NCBI RefSeq assembly: GCF_001194135.2
Contig: NC_068993.1
Span: 63,031,992-63,095,991 of the forward strand
Reading direction: 5' to 3'
From: Octopus bimaculoides
Taxonomy: Eukaryota
DNA length: 64,000 bases
Numbering within the stretch: position 1 is the first letter of the stretch; each line of letters opens with the position of its first letter. Both the position numbers and the translations under genes were made by a program. The notes beneath the pieces were generated by a model. The model had not been told where the DNA came from, made no database searches, and worked only from the letters and a program-made list of their open reading frames with translations. This document shows positions 25,118 to 37,580 of this stretch, one piece after another.

Positions 25118-25270
25118 GGTGTGTATTTGTATCCTACATATGTGTGTGTGAGTGAAATAATTAGCCCTAAACGTATGCAACTGAATTATCTCGAATAAGT
25201 GTAGATTTATATATTTCAGTATGAAAATGTATACGTGCCCCTCTACAGAGACAGCAACACGCGCGCGCGT

Positions 25271-25317
<47 letters not shown>

Positions 25318-25537
25318 TGCACGCATGACGTATTTATGCAGTGCTCACAGAGATGCACATAACATGATACTTAGAAAAATTATCATAACACGGTTAAGAA
25401 GTATTTACACACGTATTGAGGTCAGGGAACTTATCGCTAATTGAAGCATTTGAGCAGCGTCTCTGCCTGTCTGACCGACTGTCTGCCAGTAAACATATAT
25501 GTATGTATGGATGGATGGATGGATGGATGGATGGATG

Positions 25538-25588
<51 letters not shown>

Positions 25589-26666
25589 GTAAGTTACATC
25601 TATCAAACGCTAACTCCGTTAAATATAAAAGAAAATCAGCAGCTCGCAATTGTAAGATGCAGGGTTCAAATTCAAGACATATTCCTTGTACGTTTTCTTC
25701 AACAAATAATCGATAACATGATGTGATTGCACTTACTTTGTCTCTGAATATCAAGAGGAAGAGTGGATCGCCCTCAAGTGACTATGTAGGCCGGTCCTTG
25801 ACATTGCTGGGCTTTTCCCCCTGCCTGCACTTAACAGTTTTAAAGCGAGGGTCAATCTGCACAATCTGATCCTAATCTTTAGACTTGGATGCCTCATCAC
25901 AGTGGTTCAGTCGGCTAAAGTAGTTGTGATGTCCAGTAAGCTGTAGGCTTTTCATTGGAATTGCCTTGCAGGGCTAGAATGCCACTTCTCTTTTAAAGGT
26001 GCCGCAAGGGTGTCAAAGGGTGACCACCTGAGGGATACATTCCTTGATTTACTGTTGGGGTGTACTCACCTAGCCTTATCCTTTCTCCTGGCACTCACAA
26101 GGCAGTGAAGGTTTGTGCTTGAGGTTTCTTCCATAATAATGCTGAATAACCTGTAACTGGGATCCTGATAGGTGTTACTGCTCCTGGTCAAAGTAGACCT
26201 GAGAACAATGGTGGATAAGCGGTGGTTCCACACTCCTCAAAACCGTGGAACTCCCGAACCAGGGCCCCACGACCGGATGCTTCTTAAAGTCATACCCAGG
26301 ACAAAACTTATAGAAATATAGATACATATATAAACATACATACATTCTTACATACATACGTGCATACACGTATACATATATAAACATCCATCCATCCATA
26401 CATACATACATACATACATACATCCATACATACATAAGGTCCTGTTTTCACATCTTGGAAATCTTGTTACAATTGTACTTCCTGTCACCAAAACGGAAGC
26501 ATACAAGCGAGGCAAATGGACAAGCTTAACCCTAACTCTAACCATTAGCGAGGGAAAGAGAGAAAAAGAGAGGGAGAGAGAGAAAGAGAGAGAGATAGAC
26601 AGACAGAGAGAGTGGGAGAAAGAGAGAGGGAGAAAAGAGAGAGAGAGGAAGAGAGAGACACTAATA

Positions 26667-26875
26667 CAGTATTCCCTCGACTATCGCGGGTGTTATATTT
26701 CAAACCCCACCGCGATACGTGAAAATCTGCGAAGTAGAAATAGTACTGTGTACATATATATATATATTATTATTATTATAATTTGTATATATTTATTTTA
26801 TTATAGATGCAATACAACACCACGTAAGCTTAAATAGCCGCGATAGGTGAGCCGCGATGTGGCGGGGGATTACTG
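26667..26875. mobile_element. Tc1/mariner (pogo/Tigger-like) MITE, 209 bp
   Basis: TA|CAGTATTCCCTCG...CGGGGGATTACTG|TA; subterminal CCGCGAT repeats; AT-rich core. Confidence 0.8.
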
Positions 26876-27182
26876 TACTTCCTAGATGGCTTCATCTATA
26901 TCCTAACAGTATTTGTCTCACTAAGAAATTTGGTCGCAAAGTTATTACGAGATATAAGAACAGAAGTTGACCAAGAAAAACGATCCAATCTGATAATTAG
27001 CTGAAACTAATTATGAACCAACAAAGGTTTACGTATTTTCTCTTCTCCTCAACTGTGAGTGGTTTAAGTATCTAGGAATTAATGAGGACCATGTTTAAAT
27101 TTGTTTATATCAAGACGAGCAGACTGACTGAAGAGGATTTCAACCAGCGTCAGAAAATATTGCAGTCAAAACACTAGTTGTG

Positions 27183-27328
27183 GTAGGTCAGACGTGGGGC
27201 CATGTGCCGATGCAGCGCGTTGCTGCATTCGCCGTTTGTCGGTATATTCCTGGTTCTTCCCGAGCGATCCGTTGAGCAGAGTTTCGGTCAGTCCCCATCT
27301 CCGCGAAATACCTCCTCATCTGCCGTCG
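27183..27328 (-). mobile_element. 3' end of an RTE-clade (Rex3/Expander-like) LINE
   Basis: Translates RRQMRRYFAEMG...ANAATRCIGTWPHV*, matching the recalled RTE C-terminus (VDAATRCSGVCPHT*), followed by a TGACCT tail remnant. Confidence 0.65.
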
Positions 27329-27802
27329 CTATAAACACATCGCGACAATGATAGAGTGACACTTGCCGTTGTAATGTTTTGGATAATGAATAGACGGGGA
27401 AGTGGTGCCTCGGTAAACTTTACAACCTAACAACTTGAAAACTGAGACAGCAAGACGGAAAAAAGAACATTGACCGCTGCAAGGGAAATCATTTACCATG
27501 GTAACATGACGTAATGCAACAAAGATAATGTGACGAACGGGTAGAGTCGTCAAGGCGATGGATATAATGCCGCGCGGTATTTATTCCAATTCTGCACTCA
27601 CAGTTCAACTTCACCATTCATCCTTTCGGAGCAGAAAAAGAAAGGTGTTAGCATGCAGTTTCGTGTACTAAAAGATAAAAGTAAATTGCACACAAGAAGC
27701 GACGGTAATTAAATCCCATAATTTCATAAACTCTGATGCACCTAGTGACATAATATCTTCTGGTGGTGGCACGAGCATTTCCGAAATAGCAGCTGAGGTA
27801 CA

Positions 27803-28074
27803 CCGCTGCAACGTAGATTATCCAGCAACACCAGTGAAGACCATAAAGACGCGTTGGATTTCCAATTGGTGGGCTTCCTATGTTAGTTTAGGCCACATAT
27901 ATAGTTGTGAAGTTGTGAACCGTTCTTTGAAGTTTGTTAATCCAAAGATGAGAGCATCCATACACAGACTATCGAAGGCGGTGGATGCTGGCCAAGAAGA
28001 AACTCAAGAGACAATGCTGGACAAGAGTTGCTTCGTTCACATCGTATCTGCGTGAACATAAAGGACAGAAATAG
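27803..28074 (+). mobile_element. Frameshifted Merlin (IS1595/ISXO2-like) transposase relic
   Basis: Pieces in different frames: AAT*IIQQH, WISNWWASYVSL, VVNRSLKFVNP, HTQTIEG, WMLAKKKLKRQ, FTSYLREH. These are colinear with the ISXO2-like pattern SDxWxAY...VNHSxxFVDP...HTQTIExxW...SYLxE. Confidence 0.75.
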
Positions 28075-28239
28075 GTTAAGAGGTTGTGAAAAAGATATAT
28101 GTACGTTTCTTTATATATCGTTTTTGCGTTACATAAATACATTGAGTAATGGGATTTTACTGTCGTCGCTTCCGATTTCTATCACAATTTACTGTAAAGG
28201 CTAATGGCACTCCCTTCCCTCATGGCTAAATAACAGTGA

Positions 28240-28351
<112 letters not shown>

Positions 28352-28615
28352 GTGGCAGCTGTTGTACAAAAGCCAATCCAAGGAGTCTTCGTATCTTCTA
28401 TGGCATCCCATAGCAACGTCTCCAAATCAGTGAAGAAATAGAAATATTTCTATAAAAAAAAAAATTATTTCGACTGTTTCAGTAAAATAAATAATCAGAA
28501 CGTGGAGAAAGTCGATACTACTCGGGAGGTGCGAAGACGTATCTGAATAGATGATAAATGAAGGAGAAATGTTTGATATATTTATATCATACGTGTATGT
28601 GTGAGAGCATTTGTG

Positions 28616-28660
<45 letters not shown>

Positions 28661-28778
28661 AACGTGTGTATGTAAGCGCGTGTGTGTGTCTGTGGGTGAG
28701 TGTGCGAGTGTGTGCGTTAGTATATGTGTATATGTGCGTGTATGCATTTGTGTCTGTGCGTGCGCATGTGTATTTGTG

Positions 28779-28823
<45 letters not shown>

Positions 28824-29369
28824 TTTATTCAAAGTTGTATTTCGAGAATCACTACTCTAGTTCAACGATTCCCTTTCATCGGCTGAGAAGTAATAATTTC
28901 CGATTGAGTTTTTATTTATAGCTCCAGAAATCTTCATCCACCAACACTGGTGGTCTAAGATAACAGTCTGCAATACGATATAAACATACTACTGCATAGT
29001 TATGAAATGTGGACTTCATAGTCCAAACGAGAAAAACTGAAGACCTTGCAGTAGCCGCCATATTTGAACTCATCCTGGCAAGACAGAGCAATGGCCTACC
29101 TAAAGTGTGTGACACCGGAGGTGACTGAGGCGGGGTTCACGACACCCAAAACCAAAAAGAGAACGTACCCGGTGCAGTTCTTGACTTTTCCTCCCTCGCT
29201 CCACATACAGCTTGTATAGTGGACTCGAAAGTGCCGTACCCTTAAAAGCGTTGCTCAGAGAGGACCACCACCCTCCTCTCTAAGCTTCGCTTCTGAGACA
29301 GAATGTCCATAGCAGCAATCCGTTTTCGCACTGGGTATTCTAGTGTATACCTTCTGTTCAGGGAGCGAA

Positions 29370-29620
29370 GTGTGCGTTAGTTGGAAGCGCATAGAGGATA
29401 ATTGCGAGCTACTCACGAAAATATCCTGTATGGAAAACTAGTGCGCAGGAAGATCCCAGCTGTGCTACAAAGAGGTCGGCATGAGGGAAATGAAAGTGTT
29501 CGATACCACCACGGAAACCTTACAGTGTGCCTAGCATCCGACACAATGAGTCGGAATGGTATCATGAACGGGTGTTTCAAGATAGTAGAGAGAAGGCACA
29601 AAGAAAAGATTATAACAACG
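29370..29620 (+). mobile_element. 3' fragment of an RTE-BovB-like LINE
   Basis: Frameshifted pieces ILYGKLV, QLCYKEVGMREMKVFD and LASD, typical of the RTE C-terminus. Confidence 0.6.
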
Positions 29621-30338
29621 CCAGCAGATCAATAAGAACACTGGAAAAACTCTTTCATTGAAAGTCTTTCTAATCAGGGTTGGGGGTGGGGAGCTTAGGT
29701 GCTGCAAAAATGAGTAAGAATCAATTCAACACGAGGAGTATTTATATAGTTGTCCAGAGCTGAAATATCTTAAAACCTAACCAGCTTAGTACTAATCGTG
29801 TATTTAAGATCAATTCATACTTGACATGAGATTTCCGTCAGCTGACAAAAGACACAAATTAGATTTACCAAGCAACAATAACCAATCCTATTATAAGTTT
29901 CTTCCAAAAATAAAAATAAAAATCTCATACTGTTCTCTCCTTTTTTTACGATCTGCCGAAACAGCAGTCACCTCCCACTCAAATTGCTTCCTTTAGGCTC
30001 AGTAACTAATGACATAATTGTCTTCTGAGTTCGATGTTCTCATAACTTTGTACACGAGTGTTTGTGGGAGTTGTCTCCCGTTGAATTATCGCTCTTTTAT
30101 ACAATCCCGTATAACAATCGGATGGTCGCCCTTGCCTCGGTTTGCATTGTAGATCAGTTGGTTAGTGGGTAGGGGTGGGGGATGCTGGTTCGTGATTCAG
30201 CAATCTTTGGTCGGTGTCAATCTCCTAAGTATTGATTTGTCTCACTGAATTACAAACGAATCAGTATTTATTATCTCATAAATCTGTAGAAAATTTATTT
30301 ATTTACTTTTGGACACTGGCATGCATTCACCCATCCAA

Positions 30339-30383
<45 letters not shown>

Positions 30384-31194
30384 NNNNNNNNNNNNNNNNN
30401 NNNNNNNNNNNNNNNNNNNNNNNNNNNNNNNNNNNNNNNNNNNNNNNNNNNNNNNNNNNNNNNNNNNNNNNNNNNNNNNNNNNNNNNNNNNNNNNNNNNN
30501 NNNNNNNNNNNNNNNNNNNNNNNNNNNNNNNNNNNNNNNNNNNNNNNNNNNNNNNNNNNNNNNNNNNNNNNNNNNNNNNNNNNNNNNNNNNNNNNNNNNN
30601 NNNNNNNNNNNNNNNNNNNNNNNNNNNNNNNNNNNNNNNNNNNNNNNNNNNNNNNNNNNNNNNNNNNNNNNNNNNNNNNNNNNNNNNNNNNNNNNNNNNN
30701 NNNNNNNNNNNNNNNNNNNNNNNNNNNNNNNNNNNNNNNNNNNNNNNNNNNNNNNNNNNNNNNNNNNNNNNNNNNNNNNNNNNNNNNNNNNNNNNNNNNN
30801 NNNNNNNNNNNNNNNNNNNNNNNNNNNNNNNNNNNNNNNNNNNNNNNNNNNNNNNNNNNNNNNNNNNNNNNNNNNNNNNNNNNNNNNNNNNNNNNNNNNN
30901 NNNNNNNNNNNNNNNNNNNNNNNNNNNNNNNNNNNNNNNNNNNNNNNNNNNNNNNNNNNNNNNNNNNNNNNNNNNNNNNNNNNNNNNNNNNNNNNNNNNN
31001 NNNNNNNNNNNNNNNNNNNNNNNNNNNNNNNNNNNNNNNNNNNNNNNNNNNNNNNNNNNNNNNNNNNNNNNNNNNNNNNNNNNNNNNNNNNNNNNNNNNN
31101 NNNNNNNNNNNNNNNNNNNNNNNNNNNNNNNNNNNNNNNNNNNNNNNNNNNNNNNNNNNNNNNNNNNNNNNNNNNNNNNNNNNNNNNNNNNNNN

Positions 31195-31226
<32 letters not shown>

Positions 31227-31283
31227 GGAAGAAAGTGGAGAGCTAGTGATTAATATTTGTTTATGAATAAATTGATAATCCTT

Positions 31284-31383
31284 TCTTCCTACAGCTGTTT
31301 CCATTTGTAATCACTGAATAAATTACAAATTTATGCATTAAATTTTCATTTACACGTTATGAGCAAAATATCATCAAGGAAAA
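31284..31383 (-). ncRNA. Hammerhead motif, third copy of the long-helix-II family
   Basis: Minus strand: UUUUCC-UUGAUGA-UAUUU...AAAUG-GAAA-CAGCUG-UA-GGAAGA. 6-bp helix I, palindromic ACAGCUGU helix III, C3U variant. Flanks are homologous to the 4.7-5.0 kb copies. Confidence 0.6.
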
Positions 31384-31724
31384 GTTATACATTAAAAAAT
31401 TACACGTTCACTTATCTGTTCCTTCCAACAGACTAAATATATGGATTTGTTTTATTTTTTATTAGAATGTATTTCACAGGCTGTAATGGGAGCGTTTTAT
31501 CATAGTGCCACTACTGGAGATAATGTCGTGACTTCGTCAGGAAAAGAGGAAGGTCTCACTGTTCTACGTTATCTCCGTTCGTACAGAGATGGTTAGAAAA
31601 AAAAATGGTGATTATAAATGGACTTGACTGTTAGAAATACCGATAGAGTGGATTAGGTCAGAGTGTGGAAGAAGAAGGAGAAAAGGAGAGAGCACTGAGA
31701 GTGTCTAAGCGCGCGCGTGTGTGT

Positions 31725-32940
31725 ATGACACGAGTACTGTCCCAGATACGGGAGCAACATTCTGTTGAGAGCCTCATGTGAAATTTACTGAGTCCATAAT
31801 TATTTTCTGATCCTGAAGAGAAGAGCCAGCCTTTGAGATGTGACTTAAAGCTATGTTAAGAATGCGCTGCTACTTCAACTGATATTTAGTGATAGTGAAA
31901 CCTAATGTGGAGCGAATAGGCTGCTTCTACGTTGAGTGCTGCTCATATTTAAGAAGTTCGGTGATGTTTTCTCGATATAAGCACTTCTTCCTTTCATTTT
32001 TCTGTTGAAAATACAAAATTGGCGTGGCTTCACTGGTGGATGCTTTAGAGATCTCCGTTCGTAGAATCAGTACAGATTTGGTGTGTGGCATCTAGATTAC
32101 GAGTGGATTAAGCATGATTCGATTTTTGAGAAAAATAAAGTGATATCTATTTAAGACTGGGCGTTGTTGGACTTGATGCCAATTAGCACAGTGATATACA
32201 GATGCAACAGAGAAGAGAACAAAACCGAACCCTGGGGCACACCAGAGTTGACAGAGTGTGGGACAGAAGAAATTCTGTCCGTAATAATTCGATCTGATAG
32301 GAAGCTACTGATCCAAAAGATATGTGTTGGATCGAAAGTTTCATTTGGAAATTTGCATGAAACACTCGTCGAGAGTTTTGCTGATGTCTAGAGCAACAAC
32401 ATTGTTTTAATCATTGGTGAATGACATAGGATCAGAGGTCTCCAGTGGATTTGAGTCTACGGAAGCCGTGCTTTTGTGGTCGTTGAGGAAAGAGAAAGAT
32501 TTAAGTTAGAACGAACATGTGATTAGAATGCTGCAGAAAAGAATCGCAAGACGGAATCTTCAAGCCGAACCAACGGCAGGAGACGTAAAGGTAGACAAAG
32601 AACGAGATAGTTTGATAATAACCATAGTTTATGTTGGCCATGCATGGAAATCCACGCATGAAAATCTAATGACAGCTTCTAGTAGGACCCTATGGAGGAG
32701 GTGCCTGAAGACACTACACCGACGACCTTACCAGGAATTGTGGAGTGGATGAGTGGAAGGTAGATGGAGCAAAAAGAGAGACAAGAAACTTTTAATGATC
32801 TGATAGTTAATGGGTAATATAAAAGAGTTTGACGAGTAGGATTGCTGCGAGGAATGGAAAAATCTAAGTTTTGGGCTTTAGTCTTTTGCTTAAGACGGAT
32901 GAAGAATGGAAAAAGGTACAACCAAATCGGCATTACCAAT
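31725..32940 (-). mobile_element. Degenerate CR1/Jockey-group LINE reverse-transcriptase fragment
   Basis: HGFRRLKSTGDL, VALDISK, WISSFLSDR, VNSGVPQGSVL (~32225-32250), TLGFTIT and ECCSRIW in the expected order, with stops and frameshifts. Confidence 0.85.
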
Positions 32941-33100
32941 TCCTTTCGTCTTCATTTTAGATGAAAGGCAACAACTGAAATGTTAAATTCATTATTCCAC
33001 CTGGCGAATGAATTTATCAAACCAAACTCCACGAATACTTCTATTATATTGATAAATTGACAAGAAGACATAAGGACTTTGATGCATATATAGACTGGAT

Positions 33101-33194
<94 letters not shown>

Positions 33195-34049
33195 GTAATT
33201 ATGTAGAGAGATAGATAAGACAGTTAAGCGAATTTATTTCTATTTCTTTAATTTATTCAATATTTATTAATGTATTGTCACGATGATATAATGCATAAAA
33301 CAGCAATAAAATATGATGTTTCAAAAAACCAAAAAGGCGTTCAGGACGTTGTCTGTGACATTAGCTTCTGCGTGTAGTAGCAGCAAAGATCACTTTGAGG
33401 GCGAAACACCAGAGTAGTGTCCCTTGCAATGCTTTATAAAATGTTAATATGTTGTCAGGTGATGTGCAGGTATGATTTCTTACAACCGTGAAATGATACA
33501 GAAATATCTTCTTAGCTTCACTGGTATTTATAGACACACCCTTTTTTCTCCTCCCCCTTACTTTTCTTCTTCTTGTGAGATTTATTAAATTAACAGCTAC
33601 AAAATTTAATTAGACTATGCGTTAATTTAAAGACTAACACATAATTTTTTTCCCCTCATTGAAATTGTATTATGAATGGGAAATTGTGAAGCTTCGTTTT
33701 TGAGATTACATAAAAGAAAGTAACAAGAATCGTTGTTGTATTTTCAACTTCATGTCTTTCCATTTAGTATTCTGTTATTTTATTTTGAAATATTTATAAA
33801 TAATAATATGTAATATTATTTGTTTCGTTTTGTTTTTGTTGTTGTTTTTCTTTTTCTTCCCCTGTGTTGTTCCTTGTGGAAATCCGCGTACATGTAAACC
33901 CAACATCTATTTGGTGGTCAGGCACGTGACAAACTGTTTTAATGTTATTGTACCTCGCAGCAGAACATCAGGTGGGGTACGGCGGCTCTCGATTTTGCTC
34001 GATCGAGGTTTATGGAATAATAAAACAATAATAGTGATTTCTAACACAG

Positions 34050-34534
34050 GCACAAGGTCTCGAGTCTGGGGGAGAGGGGTTAAGGGTACAGTCGTCTATA
34101 TTGACTTCAAGACATGATTTATACTTCGTTTTCTTTTCTTTTTTTTTTATCTACCCCCAGAAGGATTAAAGTTGAAGTTAACTACGACAGGATTTGAACT
34201 CAGAACGCAAAGGGCCGTAACCAAATGCTGCATGGCATTTTGTTTGATATTCTAACGCATCTGACGATTCATTGCAATAATAATAATAATTATTATTATT
34301 TATAATTTAGGCACAGGGCCGGCAATCTTCTAGAGCAGGGCTAGTTAATTGCATTGACCCTAATTTTTGACTGGTACTTTATTTTATCGACCTCGTAGGA
34401 ATGAAAGGCAACGCTGACTTCAGCAGAATTTGAGCTCAGAACATGAAGAGCCGAAATTCTTTTTTCCAAAGCTCGGACAATTCTGGCAATCCATATATAT
34501 NNNNNNNNNNNNNNNNNNNNNNNNNNNNNNNNNN

Positions 34535-34567
<33 letters not shown>

Positions 34568-34770
34568 GGTTCCTAACATTGACACAAGGCTAGAAATTTA
34601 GGAGAGGGAGCAGTCAATTATATTGATCCCAGTCAGTACTTCCCTAGTACTTTATAGACTCCGAAAGGGTGGAAGATGAAGTTAACCTCAACGGGATTTG
34701 AACTCAAATAGTGAAACGGCGGAATAAATAGCCAAAAGAATTGTATCCAACGTTCCAACAACTGAGTTAA
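34050..34770 (-). mobile_element. Three tandem SINE family B copies (minus)
   Basis: Reverse complements of family B. Further copies at ~21880-22045(-), 39230-39420(-), 41745-41850(+), 54280-54600(+). Confidence 0.75.
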
Positions 34771-35510
34771 TCCACTGCCTTTTTGACTGACTTCCAAAGC
34801 TTCAGATTCTTATCTTTTCCGACATTCCCCAAGTTTATTCGCGATTGTAACTTCCGAGAATCGAAACCGAGTTGCCGCTTCTGTTGACCGGAGACTTCTC
34901 TCTACAGTGTTTACTAGACTTTCTAATAATAATTATAATTCTAACTGGGGTTTTTTTCCCCTCGTTTATTTTCATTTCGTTTCTTATGAAATAAACTCTG
35001 CAAAAAATCCTAATATAACGTACATTATGATTTCTTCAGCAGATTTACCAGTTTAGGATTGGGGCTTAACTGACCGAATTTACTTCTAAATATTACTGTT
35101 ACGATAAGCGGTAATCAGCCAAGAAATGAATTTGCCCTCCCATACTGCTGTTTCAATACCAATTAAGAATACCCACCCTCATCCCTGACAACCCCAAAAT
35201 ATATAAAACAAATATTTAGAAAATATTTTTTTAAAACATTATTATCCATATGAATAATATATTTTTGAAATTTTTGATAAACTTATAAATATATGCAAAT
35301 GTTTTAATACGAAATAAATGAATCGGTCTTTAAATCGTGATATTATGAAGCGTAAAATTATTAAGGAGGTTGATTGGAACGGATAGGATAATGCGAAGAA
35401 TCCGTTAAGTATTGGAAATGGTAGTTAAAACAAGTTTAAAAAATGAATAATGGAGGTCGGGTTTCGGAATTCACTGGTTCCAAGTCAGGTTTTGTAAAGA
35501 ACCATTTTGG

Positions 35511-35622
35511 TACCGGAAGTCGCCATAAGCCAGCTTGGTTGAATGTAAAACCGAATGTAGTCTAGCGATTTTTTTTTGATTCTTCCATGTAGCTGGTCAA
35601 CTTAGTCGTCTATTCTGTAAGT
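35511..35622 (+). promoter_or_regulatory. Candidate CYFIP core promoter and non-coding first exon (ends 35616)
   Basis: ACCGGAAGT ETS consensus (35512-35520) abuts a CGCCAT YY1-like core (35521-35526). A GTAAGT donor follows at 35617-35622. The CYFIP ATG exon has an acceptor and so needs an upstream exon. CpG depletion begins ~3 kb downstream. Confidence 0.55.
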
Positions 35623-36052
35623 ACTTTTAATTTCTAGTTGCTTCAACTTGATTTCGAAACACCATGTATAGCGATTCCATCAGCGTACGGCCTTGTTTTC
35701 CTCGCCGCACTCCGTTGGTAATAGAGGAGGGGAGGGCAAGAAAGAAATCCAAACCAAAAACTCATTGTTACAGCTTTCACTTTATTCTTTCCTTTTTTAA
35801 GTAAATATTATGATTATCCTCATCATTTCTCTCATTATTACTCTAACTGTTAATATATCGCTCCTTAATTCTGCTAACAAGTAAACTAATCAGGAATCTG
35901 GTGTCTTCAGGGGTTCATTTTCGCTACATAGTGTGTAGGAAAAGCTAGTTTTTGGTTACAAACAATTATTATAATCATTATTATTATTACTAATACTAAT
36001 AATAATAATATTAAGTCTTATCTTACTATCTCCCCATAAAGCTTTTGCTTTC

Positions 36053-36095
<43 letters not shown>

Positions 36096-36289
36096 GTGGA
36101 TTTGTCCCAAATCTGTAAAGCTTTATATGACTAGTCACCGATTAAGATGAGAATTTCTCTTCAGCTGTTTATTTATCTATTCACTGTGATCTGCTCTGTT
36201 TAAGCTTATTGTTGAAGGTGTGGTACATTCCACAGAAATGCTCTGATTATGTGAGTGTGTTTAGATAGATAGAACGGGGCGTGTGTGTG

Positions 36290-36320
<31 letters not shown>

Positions 36321-37122
36321 GTAGCTGATTGCTGAGGAAGTGTATATAAATATAATCCTTTGTAGAAGTGCAATGTATATAGAATAGTGTTGACAATGAC
36401 TTCGAAGTTTCGGTTAGCTAAGCTGTTGATACTGTTCTTGTTAAAAGATAATACATTTATACTCTACATAATGTATTGAGTAATCCTTCAGTTTAATGCA
36501 AAATTGTTTTTTATTATTACTTAACATTAAAACGCTATATATATATAGAGAGAGAGACACACACACGCACGCACTCTGCTATGGATTGCATTATTTTTGT
36601 ACACTTCTGTATGTAATGTTTATGATATAAAAAAATAATAATTTGACTTCTCGAGTTTCGCCTATCGGCTGATCGCTCCCCATATTCCCTCCATCTACAC
36701 ACACACACACACAGTTGATTAGTATTGTTTTGCATGCATATTATTTTACATATCTTTCTATTCTGACCACATATACATACATATTTATATGTATATATAC
36801 ATACACACACACATATATAAGTTATTGTAAACGCACGCACATACACACACATATGAATGCGCGATCCTCTCCTTATTCTAAATGTTAGAAATGCTGGCAT
36901 CGCTTTAATAGGACTGTCGTAAAAATATTTCGTTCCTCTCTACTTCTCACTTCCTTTCCGTAATTTCTTCTGCTGCTGATTTATTTTGATTCCAAAAGTG
37001 GGTTAACTTGTCTAAATGCAATATACACATCCTCTCTCTCTCTCTCTTTCTGCGCCCTTTATTTTCTCTATCGCCTCCATCCATCTGTCTATATACTATT
37101 TGTCTCATCCTGCCTCCTTTTA

Positions 37123-37157
<35 letters not shown>

Positions 37158-37545
37158 GTGTGTTTCCGTGCACAATGTGGTATGAATTAGTTAACTGAGG
37201 CTGCATATTTCTGCAAGCTCGCTCTAGTCTTACACATTCACATTCCTTGCCATTGTTCATCTCGTCTTAATGCATGTAGGAAATGCATGAACATCACAAC
37301 CTATGCTTTCACTTCTGCAGAAGCACTCTGATGTGTATGTATAGAATGTTGAGTAAATCCGATATCCTCTCGGTTTCTGAAGATTTGAAGTTGTAGTTGT
37401 CTAGTCCCAAAGTCAGCACTGATCATGATCAAGCAGGCCCATGATCAAAGACATTCTAGCCATGCCATCTTACTCGGACTTAGTGTAGCCAACACTACAT
37501 CATCCAATGTATCCGTTATTTTAATGGACGGTTTTGGGGTCTTTT

Positions 37546-37580
<35 letters not shown>

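Noticed and set aside
25770-26330. GC-richer block resembling a retroelement UTR or LTR (also ~10330-10510, 24400-24800, 45820-46020)
   Set aside because: No motif I could assign; needs a repeat-library search
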